Under the pieces are notes generated by a model. It had not been told where the DNA came from and made no database searches. It saw only the letters and a program-made list of their open reading frames with translations. Both the position numbers and the translations under genes were made by a program. Source: Patescibacteria group bacterium (GTDB lineage Bacteria; Patescibacteriota; Patescibacteriia; UBA1558; GWA2-36-10). Taken from it: 64,000 bases of DNA. Position 1 is the stretch's first letter. Each line of letters opens with the position of its first letter. Of the stretch, positions 17,158 to 25,813 are shown one piece after another. The stretch is from positions 5,030 to 69,029 of the forward strand of contig JBAZKN010000002.1 of the NCBI GenBank assembly GCA_041650755.1. Reading direction: 5' to 3'.

Positions 17158-18915
17158 ATGAAAAAACATTGGAAACTATTTTTATCCGCGTTTATCTTGA
17201 GCTTATTTTGGTTTAGGCCAGCCTTGGCTCTAGAAAAGATAAATAATTATCAAGCAATAGTCCAACTGAATGCCGATAATACTATGACGGTGACCGAGCG
17301 GATCGATTATGATTTTGGTGATGCCCAAAGACATGGTATTTACCGCAATATACCCTATTTATATAATAATTTTTTATGGAGTCGAGCTGCCGAAATTAGC
17401 CAGATATCCGTGGCCGATGAAAATGGCCAGGCTTACAATTTTGTGGTCAGTAATCACAATAAAGATAAGCAGATAAAAATAGGCAAAGCCGATGTTTATG
17501 TGACTGGTCAAAAAATATATGTTATTAAATATAAAGTTTCTGATCCATATCTTTTTCGTCAGGACAGCGACCAATTTTATTGGGATATTATAGGTGGTGG
17601 CTGGCAGGTACCCATTAGCCAAAGCACGGTGACAATTTGGTTGCCCCAAAGTATTTCAACTGGCGATTTAGAAGCAGATTGCTATGCCGGCAACTATGGC
17701 AGTAATTCGTCTTGTAATTCGATCAAGTATTTGTATGCTGATGACGGTAGTACCTTAGTGAGTGGCCTGGTTCTCAAGCAAGATGATTTATCGGCCGGCG
17801 GCATTTTGACGGTTTTGATAGGCTTGCCAAAAGGCGCGATCATGGAGCCGGGTTTTTGGCATAAAACTTGGCAGATTTTCAAATATAACGGCATAATATT
17901 TTTGCCGCTCTTAGCTTTTATTATCGCCTTTATCCTTTGGTTTAAACGCGGCCGTGATCCAAAAGGCCGGGGCAATATTATTGCCGAGTATGATGTGCCG
18001 GATAAGCTGTCGCCGGGTGAAGTAGCGGTAGTAGTTAATGAGAAAATTTCCAATCAAGACATTTCTGCCGAGGTCATATATTTAGCCATCAATGGCTACT
18101 TGAAAATTACCAGACTAGAAAAATCGGGCCTTATTAAAAAGTCAAGCGATTATCTGCTGGAAAAATTCAAAGATGAAAAAGATTTGCCCAATGAATTTCA
18201 AAAAGATCTGCTGGCCAATTTATTCCACCGAGCCAGCTCTCCCGATAAACTAAAGGGTTATCAGCTTGATCCTCGGACCACAGTGGCGGTTTTGTTGTCA
18301 GATCTGGATAAAGCTTATGAATGGCGCCCAATTGTTGATAACAAACTCCTTCAGTCAGTAGCTGATAAGGGATATTTTATCAAAAATCCAAATAAAATCA
18401 GAGGCATATATATTACCGTATTTTTGCTTTGCCTCCTGCCGATTGTCATTGTTTTGGGTCTGCTGGGAATTTTTACTCCTTTGGCACGCATAGCCCTGGC
18501 CTTGAGCATGATAATATTGATTATCTTTGGCTGGCAAATGCCAAAGAAGACCCCAAAAGGCGCATTGACCAAAGAATATATTCTGGGGCTAAAAGAGTAT
18601 TTGCGAGTAGCGGAAAAAGACAGAATAAAATTTCATAATGCTCCGGAAAAAAATCCACAGCACTTCGAGGCTTTATTGCCCTATGCCATGGTGCTGGGCG
18701 TAGAGAAAGAATGGGCCAAACAGTTTGAGGGCATATACAGAGAAAATCCGAGTTGGTGCGCTGGTTTTTATGTGGGTACTTTCAGCAGTGCAGATTTTTC
18801 TCATAGTCTAGAAAATTTTGGCGCCCAAGCCAAAGCTACTTTTGCCACTCCTAGCTCTAGTGGTGGTGGTTTTGCCGGCGGTGGCGGCGGTGGCGGCGGT
18901 GGCGGCAGCTGGTAA
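17158..18915 (+). CDS. DUF2207 membrane protein
   Basis: Signal peptide, VTERI.YDF..RHGIYR.IP, GRDP, FE.LLPYA.VLG, C-terminal GGGGGGSW. Confidence 0.9.
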   Translation: MKKHWKLFLSAFILSLFWFRPALALEKINNYQAIVQLNADNTMTVTERIDYDFGDAQRHGIYRNIPYLYNNFLWSRAAEISQISVADENGQAYNFVVSNHNKDKQIKIGKADVYVTGQKIYVIKYKVSDPYLFRQDSDQFYWDIIGGGWQVPISQSTVTIWLPQSISTGDLEADCYAGNYGSNSSCNSIKYLYADDGSTLVSGLVLKQDDLSAGGILTVLIGLPKGAIMEPGFWHKTWQIFKYNGIIFLPLLAFIIAFILWFKRGRDPKGRGNIIAEYDVPDKLSPGEVAVVVNEKISNQDISAEVIYLAINGYLKITRLEKSGLIKKSSDYLLEKFKDEKDLPNEFQKDLLANLFHRASSPDKLKGYQLDPRTTVAVLLSDLDKAYEWRPIVDNKLLQSVADKGYFIKNPNKIRGIYITVFLLCLLPIVIVLGLLGIFTPLARIALALSMIILIIFGWQMPKKTPKGALTKEYILGLKEYLRVAEKDRIKFHNAPEKNPQHFEALLPYAMVLGVEKEWAKQFEGIYRENPSWCAGFYVGTFSSADFSHSLENFGAQAKATFATPSSSGGGFAGGGGGGGGGGSW

Positions 18916-18975
18916 TTTTATATGAGAAAAAAGAGTCCGTTGCCGGACTCTCAAGGCAGAGGCCCCTAGTCGTTA

Positions 18976-19131
18976 TTAGTGACTCACGCTCATGGCATCG
19001 TTGATGCCATAGCCCAGCAGACATATTCCCGATATGATGATTATCACTAGCACTAGGACGATTCCGATCTTGCTAGAGCGGGACTCACTCCGCCAAAACG
19101 CGTTGAGTAGGATTTCTGATTTTTTAGGCAT
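18976..19131 (-). CDS. 51-aa single-TM peptide cassette
   Basis: Manual: MPKKSEILLNAFWRSESRSSKIGIVLVLVIIIISGICLLGYGINDAMSVSH; AAAGGAGG SD; TTGACA at 19216-19211. Confidence 0.55.
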   Translation of the reverse strand: MPKKSEILLNAFWRSESRSSKIGIVLVLVIIIISGICLLGYGINDAMSVSH

Positions 19132-19250
19132 GGCCCTCCTTTCCTTTTATCAGGCTATGTATGAGGGAAGGAACGTTGGTAAATATTTTTTTAACATATA
19201 TATTGCATCTTGTCAACTATATAATTAAGTAATAGAATTTTAGGAAAACA

Positions 19251-19366
19251 AAAACCGCCGATATTTTGTTGTTATGGCGAGAGCTTTGGCCCGAAGCAAC
19301 CTATAAGCTGGTAGATTGCCACGCCCTTTGCACTTGCAATAACAATGTAGAACGCTCGGCGGTTTT
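19251..19366. repeat. REP/MITE-like multi-stem element
   Basis: aaaaccgccga...tcggcggtttt outer inverted repeat enclosing ttgttat/ataacaa and gcaacct/agattgc stems. Confidence 0.5.
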
Positions 19367-19373
19367 ATAAGTA

Positions 19374-20018
19374 TTATATTTTACCCACCAAGTCCATTCC
19401 TGGCCTTAAAGTTTTTTCGCCCGGCTCCCAGTTGGCTGGGCAAGCCTGGTCGCCATACTTGGAGACAAATTGCGCAGCTTGTAGTTTGCGCATGAGCTCT
19501 TTGCTGCTGCGGCCGATCCCATTGGCATGAATTTCCATAGTTTTTAAGTTGCCATCGGGGTCAATAATGAAAGTGCCACGTAGGGCCAAGCCCTCATCTT
19601 TTATATAGACGCCGTAGGCGCGGCTGATATTACCAGTCGGATCAGCCAACATTGGGAAATTTATTTTTTTAATCGCGTCCGATGTATCATGCCAGGCCTT
19701 GTGTACATAGACAGTGTCGGTAGAGACTGACAGTATCTCGGCATTCAGTTTTTTTAATTCCTCATAGTGATGAGCCAGATCTTCGAGCTCGGTTGGGCAG
19801 ACGAAAGTGAAGTCAGCCGGATAAAAGAATAGTATGACCCAGCGGCCTTTATAATCAGACAATTTTATCTTTTTTTCCTCATCGTGATGATAGGCAGTGG
19901 CGGTAAAATTTGGTGCAGGAGCATTTATTTGGGGAGTGCTGATCTTGCAACACGAGCAGTCGCAGATATTGTGGCAGCAATAGTCAGTATTGCATTGGCA
20001 AATATTTTTTTCTTGCAT
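19374..20018 (-). CDS. ahpC: 2-Cys peroxiredoxin (AhpC) with Cys-rich N-terminal extension
   Basis: FYPADFTFVCPTE, ALRGTFIIDP, ACPANW. Confidence 0.92.
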   Translation of the reverse strand: MQEKNICQCNTDYCCHNICDCSCCKISTPQINAPAPNFTATAYHHDEEKKIKLSDYKGRWVILFFYPADFTFVCPTELEDLAHHYEELKKLNAEILSVSTDTVYVHKAWHDTSDAIKKINFPMLADPTGNISRAYGVYIKDEGLALRGTFIIDPDGNLKTMEIHANGIGRSSKELMRKLQAAQFVSKYGDQACPANWEPGEKTLRPGMDLVGKI

Positions 20019-20028
20019 ATATCTTAAG

Positions 20029-20928
20029 TTAATTATTATCCAAATTAGATTTTAATTTTTTTAATATATCTTTACCCTTGGTCTGGCCATATTGATACGA
20101 TCTCAGGGCCCTTTCTTTGTCTACGCGTAATTTGTAGTTTTTAGTATCGTCAAAGAGCAAGTGGACATGAGGATATTTACGTAGATTGTGTGCATAGGGA
20201 TAGTTCATGATATTGCGCAAATGTTTGCGGCCATACTTGATGCCAAAATATCTGGTTTTCATGGCAATATCCAGTAGATCATACCACAAAGATCTAGCTA
20301 CAGAAAATTTTGTCTTTTTTTCATTGAGGATGTAGACGATTTGTTTGTCAAGATTTTTTTCCACAACATTTTTGATGAAATCATCAGTCGGCATAATGCC
20401 GCCGTCCACATACATATCTTTTTGGTGCAAGGAGCTGGCATAAAGCGGCATGTTTGATGATTGGATGATGCGCTCAATGGTATTTTCTCTGGCATCCAGG
20501 TATTTTATCTGCAAAGATTTTGGGTCTAGAACTTTGACATAAAAATTTATCGGTGAGGATTTTATTTTTTCTATATTAAGGGGGAAGATTTTGGTTTCAA
20601 TATCTTCTAGATAGGTCAAATCCATAACGTCAAAATTGCGCTTAAAAAGTATCATCATGAAGAATTGCTTGGCCATCCTAAAAAAAGACAGGTTGCGCAA
20701 AAAAATATCTTTGCGGCCCAAATAATCCAAATATACTATCAAGCCCTTATCGGTTTCTTCTGATAAAAAATAGGCGGCGTTGTGTGAGCCGCAAGATACA
20801 GCATAGATGGAGTGAATGCGGGGGTAGAGATTAGCTGCCTGAAAAGCCGAAAATACTCCAGCGCTAAATACACCGCGGATTGATCCGCCCTCAACGATGA
20901 TAATAATGTCCCGTTGGTCTTGCCCCAT
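20029..20928 (-). CDS. patatin-like phospholipase
   Basis: EGGSIRG, AVSCG, DGG. Confidence 0.75.
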   Translation of the reverse strand: MGQDQRDIIIIVEGGSIRGVFSAGVFSAFQAANLYPRIHSIYAVSCGSHNAAYFLSEETDKGLIVYLDYLGRKDIFLRNLSFFRMAKQFFMMILFKRNFDVMDLTYLEDIETKIFPLNIEKIKSSPINFYVKVLDPKSLQIKYLDARENTIERIIQSSNMPLYASSLHQKDMYVDGGIMPTDDFIKNVVEKNLDKQIVYILNEKKTKFSVARSLWYDLLDIAMKTRYFGIKYGRKHLRNIMNYPYAHNLRKYPHVHLLFDDTKNYKLRVDKERALRSYQYGQTKGKDILKKLKSNLDNN

Positions 20929-20931
20929 GGA

Positions 20932-21552
20932 TTATTTTTTGGCCGCCATAAATTTTTTAGCTACCACTGACCAGTTTATCACTGACCAGAAGTTTTGGAT
21001 ATATTCTGCTCGGCGATTCTGGTATTTTAGATAATAGGCATGTTCCCATACGTCGATGCCCAATAAGGGTGTGTGCCCGAGAGAATAAGGGCTGTCTTGG
21101 TTGGCGGTTTTTTCAATAATCAATTTATTATCATTGAGTGACAGCCAAGCCCAGCCTGAGCCAAAGACAGTGCTGGCGGCGTTGTTGAATTCTTCTTTGA
21201 ATTTATCCAAACTGCCGAAATGCTTGTTAATGGTTGCCAGTAATTCATCTTTAGGGTGTGTGTTTTCGTCAGCTGGGCCCATGATCTGCCAGAGTATATT
21301 GTGGTGCAAGTGCCCGCCGCCATGATTTTTAACCGTTAGTCTGATATCTTCGGGTATTAGGTTGAGATTACTTAGAATATCTTCAATAGTTTTGTCAAAA
21401 AAATCAGGGTATTTCTCCAAAGCCTTGTTTAGGTTGGTAGTATATGTAGCGTGATGCTTGTCGTGGTGAACTCGCATTGTCGCTTCATCAATATATGGCT
21501 CGAGCGCATTATAACCATAAGGCAGCTCGGGCGTAATAAATTGTTTGCTCAT
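20932..21552 (-). CDS. sodA: Mn/Fe superoxide dismutase
   Basis: HHDKHH, GGGH..H, FGSGW, DVWEHAYY. Confidence 0.93.
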   Translation of the reverse strand: MSKQFITPELPYGYNALEPYIDEATMRVHHDKHHATYTTNLNKALEKYPDFFDKTIEDILSNLNLIPEDIRLTVKNHGGGHLHHNILWQIMGPADENTHPKDELLATINKHFGSLDKFKEEFNNAASTVFGSGWAWLSLNDNKLIIEKTANQDSPYSLGHTPLLGIDVWEHAYYLKYQNRRAEYIQNFWSVINWSVVAKKFMAAKK

Positions 21553-21570
21553 ATGTTTTTATTTAATTGA

Positions 21571-22248
21571 TTAGCCAAAATATTTTTCTTTATAAAATCT
21601 GATTAGTTGTTCCACTTCTGGTATGACTATGGGGTTACCTATACCAACTTTGGTTTTTTTCTGCACAGCTTCTAGGGTTGTGGCGCCCTCCAAAACAGCT
21701 TCTTCTATATCGTGGTCGCTGACTCCTGACACTTTATCAATCAGGCGGGCGCTTTCTTCAACAATGCGTTGTTTCTGGTCAGAACGCAAAAAATAATTAT
21801 TGATGGCGCTGCGCAGGGCTTTGTCGCCCAAGACCGAGCAATGGATTTTGCGAATCGGCAAGCCGCCTAAGCGATTAGTGATGTCCTGGGCCTGGATTTT
21901 TAGAGCTTGATCAATTTTCATGCCACCCTTTTCCGTGGCCATGACCGATAGCATTGAGGTGGCGCCGATAGCTGAAGCACAACCAAAGGTTTGCCACTTT
22001 AGCTTTCTTATGCGGTCAGTTTTTTTATTAACCCAGATCCACATTTTCATCATGTCGCCACAAGCCGGTGAGCCAATCATGCCCACGCCATCATAATTTT
22101 TTATTTTATTGGCATCCATGATGAGATTTTTGGGATGGAAAAAATGTTCCTTGACGATGTCGGTATATAGCCAGGTATCTTCCTGGCCGGTCGGCAAGAC
22201 ATCGATACTTGATAAGATCGATTTTTTATTTTTTTTATATGTAGGCAT
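21571..22248 (-). CDS. iscU: IscU/NifU scaffold with C-terminal BFD-like domain
   Basis: GSPACGD, FGCASA, KIHCS. Confidence 0.88.
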   Translation of the reverse strand: MPTYKKNKKSILSSIDVLPTGQEDTWLYTDIVKEHFFHPKNLIMDANKIKNYDGVGMIGSPACGDMMKMWIWVNKKTDRIRKLKWQTFGCASAIGATSMLSVMATEKGGMKIDQALKIQAQDITNRLGGLPIRKIHCSVLGDKALRSAINNYFLRSDQKQRIVEESARLIDKVSGVSDHDIEEAVLEGATTLEAVQKKTKVGIGNPIVIPEVEQLIRFYKEKYFG

Positions 22249-22253
22249 TTTAT

Positions 22254-23516
22254 TTAACAGGGCAAATTAATTATTTTTTTAGGTGCCAAGCGTATGCTTT
22301 TTTCCAAGCTCGCCATATCTACTCTGACTGGCGACCCTTTGCGTAAATAGTCAACTATATCAGGCAGCTTAGTCATCAGATATTCTAGATCTTTTTTGGT
22401 GGTGTATTTACCCAAAGTAAAGCGTAGTGAGCCGTGGGCGGCTTCATAAGGCCTGCCCAAAGCGCGGATGACGTGGGATGGCTCTAGGGTAGTAGAGGTA
22501 CAGGCCGAGCCAGTAGATGCCTGAACGCCAACTTCATCTAAGTACAATAACAAGGCTTCACCTTCTATGTCCAGTATAGAAATATTTATATTGTTGGGCA
22601 GCCTTTTTTCTGCGTGGCCGTTGAGTATAGTTTTGGGGATTTTTTTGAGGATAGATTTTATCAGCCAATCTCGTAAAATAATTAAGCGTCGATTTTCTTT
22701 TTCTCTATTTTTTTGAGCTAATTTTAAAGCTGCGGCCAGGCCGATGATGCCAGGTACATTTTCTGTTCCTGAACGCAGATTTTTTTCTTGACCGCCACCA
22801 TCTATCAGCGGCGCTAAAGGTGTGCCGCGTCGCGCATAGAGCAAACCAACTCCTTTGGGACCATAGATTTTACTGCCGTTAATGGTCAGCAAATCAACGT
22901 GCATTTTTTGGACATCAAGCGGCAGGGCTCCGGCTGCTTGGCAAGCATCAGTGTGAAAATAAATCTTATTGAGCCCGCTTTTTTGTCTAGCCATATTGAC
23001 CCTAGTAAGATTAGCGCCAATTTTTTGGATGGGTTGGAGCGTGCCAATCTCATTGTTGGCAGTCATGATGCTCACCAGCATTGTATTTGGCCTAATAGCT
23101 CGATTGAGCAGCGGCTCCATGATAATGCCGTCATCGTCAACTGGTACAATGGATACGGTGAAGCCCTGTTTGGCCAGATGTTCGGCTGTATGCAGGACAG
23201 CATGATGCTCGATGGCTGAAATTATCAGGTGCGGTTTATTTTTTTCTGTCAAAAAATTATAAGTCAAGCCCTTGATAGCCAGAGCAATGCTTTCAGTACC
23301 GCCGCTGGTAAAGATTATTTCTTCAGCTTGGCAATTTAGAATTTGAGCAAGATCAGTCCGAGCATTTTCAACAGCTTGTTTAGCCATTAAACCAAGAGAG
23401 TAGAGGCTGGATGGATTGCCAAATTTATCCGACCAATATGGCGCCATAGCCCGAAGCACGACCGGGTCGACGGGAGTGGTGGCCGCGTAGTCCAAATAAA
23501 TATTTTTTCTAGGCAT
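22254..23516 (-). CDS. iscS: cysteine desulfurase
   Basis: YLDYAATTP, GNPSS, FTSGGTE, NNEIG, RSGTEN, GSACTS. Confidence 0.93.
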   Translation of the reverse strand: MPRKNIYLDYAATTPVDPVVLRAMAPYWSDKFGNPSSLYSLGLMAKQAVENARTDLAQILNCQAEEIIFTSGGTESIALAIKGLTYNFLTEKNKPHLIISAIEHHAVLHTAEHLAKQGFTVSIVPVDDDGIIMEPLLNRAIRPNTMLVSIMTANNEIGTLQPIQKIGANLTRVNMARQKSGLNKIYFHTDACQAAGALPLDVQKMHVDLLTINGSKIYGPKGVGLLYARRGTPLAPLIDGGGQEKNLRSGTENVPGIIGLAAALKLAQKNREKENRRLIILRDWLIKSILKKIPKTILNGHAEKRLPNNINISILDIEGEALLLYLDEVGVQASTGSACTSTTLEPSHVIRALGRPYEAAHGSLRFTLGKYTTKKDLEYLMTKLPDIVDYLRKGSPVRVDMASLEKSIRLAPKKIINLPC

Positions 23517-23734
23517 TATTTTTGGGGAGGATGAAGTTGCTGTCCATTATCGTCAAAAATGCGGATAGCATTGACCGGGCAGCTTTGAGCAGCCTGTAAA
23601 ATAGTTTTGGCATCGTCGCCAGTCGGATTTTTGATGATGGCAATACCCTTGTCATCCAATACAAAAGTATTTGGGGCGACCGCCACGCAAGAAGCTACAC
23701 TAATGCAGGCTTCTCGATCGATTTCTATTTTCAT
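23516..23734 (-). CDS. single-cluster ferredoxin
   Basis: CISVASC...CPVNAI. Confidence 0.85.
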   Translation of the reverse strand: MKIEIDREACISVASCVAVAPNTFVLDDKGIAIIKNPTGDDAKTILQAAQSCPVNAIRIFDDNGQQLHPPQK

Positions 23735-23824
23735 ATATAAGTGCAAGTTAATATTTAGCTTTTATAGTATTAATAATAATGAAAATAGATAAAACAGTCA
23801 ATTTTTGAGTAAAATATATGAATA

Positions 23825-23853
23825 TTGACAATTTTTTCTATATATGATATAAT
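23825..23853 (+). promoter_or_regulatory. consensus sigma70 promoter
   Basis: TTGACA-17 nt-TATAAT with TG. Confidence 0.8.
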
Positions 23854-23924
23854 ATAATGTTAAGTCGTACATAGACAACTATTCTGTAGCTTTTCTTGGC
23901 CTTTTGGCCAGAAGGGAGACCATA

Positions 23925-24959
23925 ATGAGCGGGACAGTTCGTCTAGTCAAGAAAATCGTGACTCATGTCAAGCCCCATCTGGATGAGCTGGTGGCCATTT
24001 GGCTGCTCGTCCGGTGGGGGGAGAAACACTTCCCCGGCATCAACACTGTGCCAGTAGAGGTCTGGCGCAAGGGGTTGGAGTCCGCCGACGGCCGCTCCTT
24101 TGAGGAGCATGAGGACGAAGGCACGATGTTCATCGGGATTGGCGGCGGCCAGTTCGATGAGCACCCGACCAACGGCACTGACGATCTGTCTGGTGAGTGC
24201 GCGGCCACTCTGGTCGCCAAGCGTCTGGGCATCCAAGACGACCCGGCTCTCGAAAGGATTCTGGACTTCGTTCGTCGGATTGACACCAAAGGTGGCGCCA
24301 ATCCTTGGGACATCTCGGCTGTCGTTAAGGCGGCCAACGAAGTCGGCAAAGGTCTGCCGGAGCTGCTCACCTGGGTGTTCTTGGCGCTTGATGCCAAGTA
24401 TGAACAGCAGGTCAAGTTCCTCGAGGCAGAGGCCGATGCCAACATCGCCCAATGGGATACGGTCGGCTCTGTGCGGGTAGCTACCGCAGAATCTGACAAC
24501 CAGCAGGTCTACAAGGTGCTTTTCACTAGGGGTGCGGCGGTGGCGATTGTTCGCCGGCGTCAGGATGGCCGAGTGGCCATCTTCACGCAGAAGCGTGACA
24601 ACATCAGGCTCACTGACGCTGTCAGGATCATCCGCCGCTTGGAGCAGAAGGCTCGCGGCGATGTCAGGACTACCAACTGGAAGGAGCTGGCAGCGCCTGG
24701 TTCCATCGACGCTGTGGCGCGCTGGTACTATCTTAAGGAGGGTGAAATGCTGCTGAACGGCAGCGATACCCACCCCGATACGCCGGCTACCGGTCTGTCC
24801 CTTTCCACCATCCGTCAGGCGGTCATCTTGGCCCTTTCTGGCGAGATGATCTGCTCGCAGGCCAATGTCTGCGACGGGAAGTCCTGCAAGTGGTATCAGC
24901 TCGGCCTGAGCCGGTGCCAGACAATTCGCTACAGAATGTCGAGTGGCCAATCGCAGTAG
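23925..24959 (+). CDS. MYG1/DHH-like metal-dependent hydrolase, GC-rich cassette
   Basis: IVTH..PHLDE, IG.GGG.FDEH, D; C-terminal four-Cys motif; AAGGGAG SD; terminator about 24985-25030. Confidence 0.55.
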   Translation: MSGTVRLVKKIVTHVKPHLDELVAIWLLVRWGEKHFPGINTVPVEVWRKGLESADGRSFEEHEDEGTMFIGIGGGQFDEHPTNGTDDLSGECAATLVAKRLGIQDDPALERILDFVRRIDTKGGANPWDISAVVKAANEVGKGLPELLTWVFLALDAKYEQQVKFLEAEADANIAQWDTVGSVRVATAESDNQQVYKVLFTRGAAVAIVRRRQDGRVAIFTQKRDNIRLTDAVRIIRRLEQKARGDVRTTNWKELAAPGSIDAVARWYYLKEGEMLLNGSDTHPDTPATGLSLSTIRQAVILALSGEMICSQANVCDGKSCKWYQLGLSRCQTIRYRMSSGQSQ

Positions 24960-25243
24960 GTCGCACTACTGATTGGGCACACGAAGAGCTCGGAGCGGCG
25001 TCAGCCGACACCCCGAGCTCTTTTCTTTTTATAAATTTTTTACAAAAGCGTATTCGAAACCAGCAAAGCAACCTGAGCTAAGATAAATTTTGAGGTTGCG
25101 AAGCAAGTTGAGCGCAGGCGAGCTGAGTTCGCCGAAGTCGAAACTTGACAAAACCATTTTTTTGTGCTATCATTACTATGTAGTTTGAAATTGGCTTTGA
25201 GCCCCAGTAGAAGGGGCGGCCAATTTTTTTATTATAAAAATAT

Positions 25244-25402
25244 ATGATTACTAATGCTCTTCAAACCCCAAAATTACAGTCATTTAAAATGGTAATAAAG
25301 CCCGGCGATAGCAAATTACGTTCGGGCGATTATTGGGCAATTTTGGTTTTGTGCTTGGTTGGCTCTATTACCTTAATTGTGATGATGACTCAGGCCATTT
25401 AA
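25244..25402 (+). CDS. 52-aa tail-anchored peptide
   Basis: Manual: MITNALQTPKLQSFKMVIKPGDSKLRSGDYWAILVLCLVGSITLIVMMTQAI; promoter TTGACA 25145 -17- TATCAT. Confidence 0.5.
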   Translation: MITNALQTPKLQSFKMVIKPGDSKLRSGDYWAILVLCLVGSITLIVMMTQAI

Positions 25403-25426
25403 AATTAATAATTAAATATAAAATTT

Positions 25427-25573
25427 ATGACTCCAGAAGGACCAATGTGCCAAGTAAAGTCTTGGAAGAGAGCTGGCTTTTATTGTAGCCCAGAAGTAGC
25501 CAGCCATGAAAATTGGGCAATTTTCAGCTTGGTAGTTTTGAGCTACTTTGTGTTAATGAGCACCATAGTATAA
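25427..25573 (+). CDS. 48-aa tail-anchored peptide
   Basis: Manual: MTPEGPMCQVKSWKRAGFYCSPEVASHENWAIFSLVVLSYFVLMSTIV. Confidence 0.5.
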   Translation: MTPEGPMCQVKSWKRAGFYCSPEVASHENWAIFSLVVLSYFVLMSTIV

Positions 25574-25586
25574 AGATTTAAAATAT

Positions 25587-25664
25587 ATGTGGTCAAAAAC
25601 ACAGCTCTTGGGCCCCCTGATATTATTATTATTTACCTGGGCCCCCTATGCTCTTTATTGTTAA
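25587..25664 (+). CDS. 25-aa hydrophobic peptide
   Basis: Manual: MWSKTQLLGPLILLLFTWAPYALYC. Confidence 0.3.
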   Translation: MWSKTQLLGPLILLLFTWAPYALYC

Positions 25665-25813
25665 AAAATAAACAATATGTCACCATGATTTTTTAAGGTT
25701 CGCTCTAAGGCCTACCTGCCCACCCTGTACCATATGGTATGGGGTGGGTTTTGATTAGAAAATAATCAGTATTTTTGTTATAATACCATTAGCTTAGAAA
25801 ATTAAACATTATT

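Noticed and set aside
18860-18912. GGC/GGT tandem repeat
   Set aside because: Encodes the normal poly-Gly tail of DUF2207
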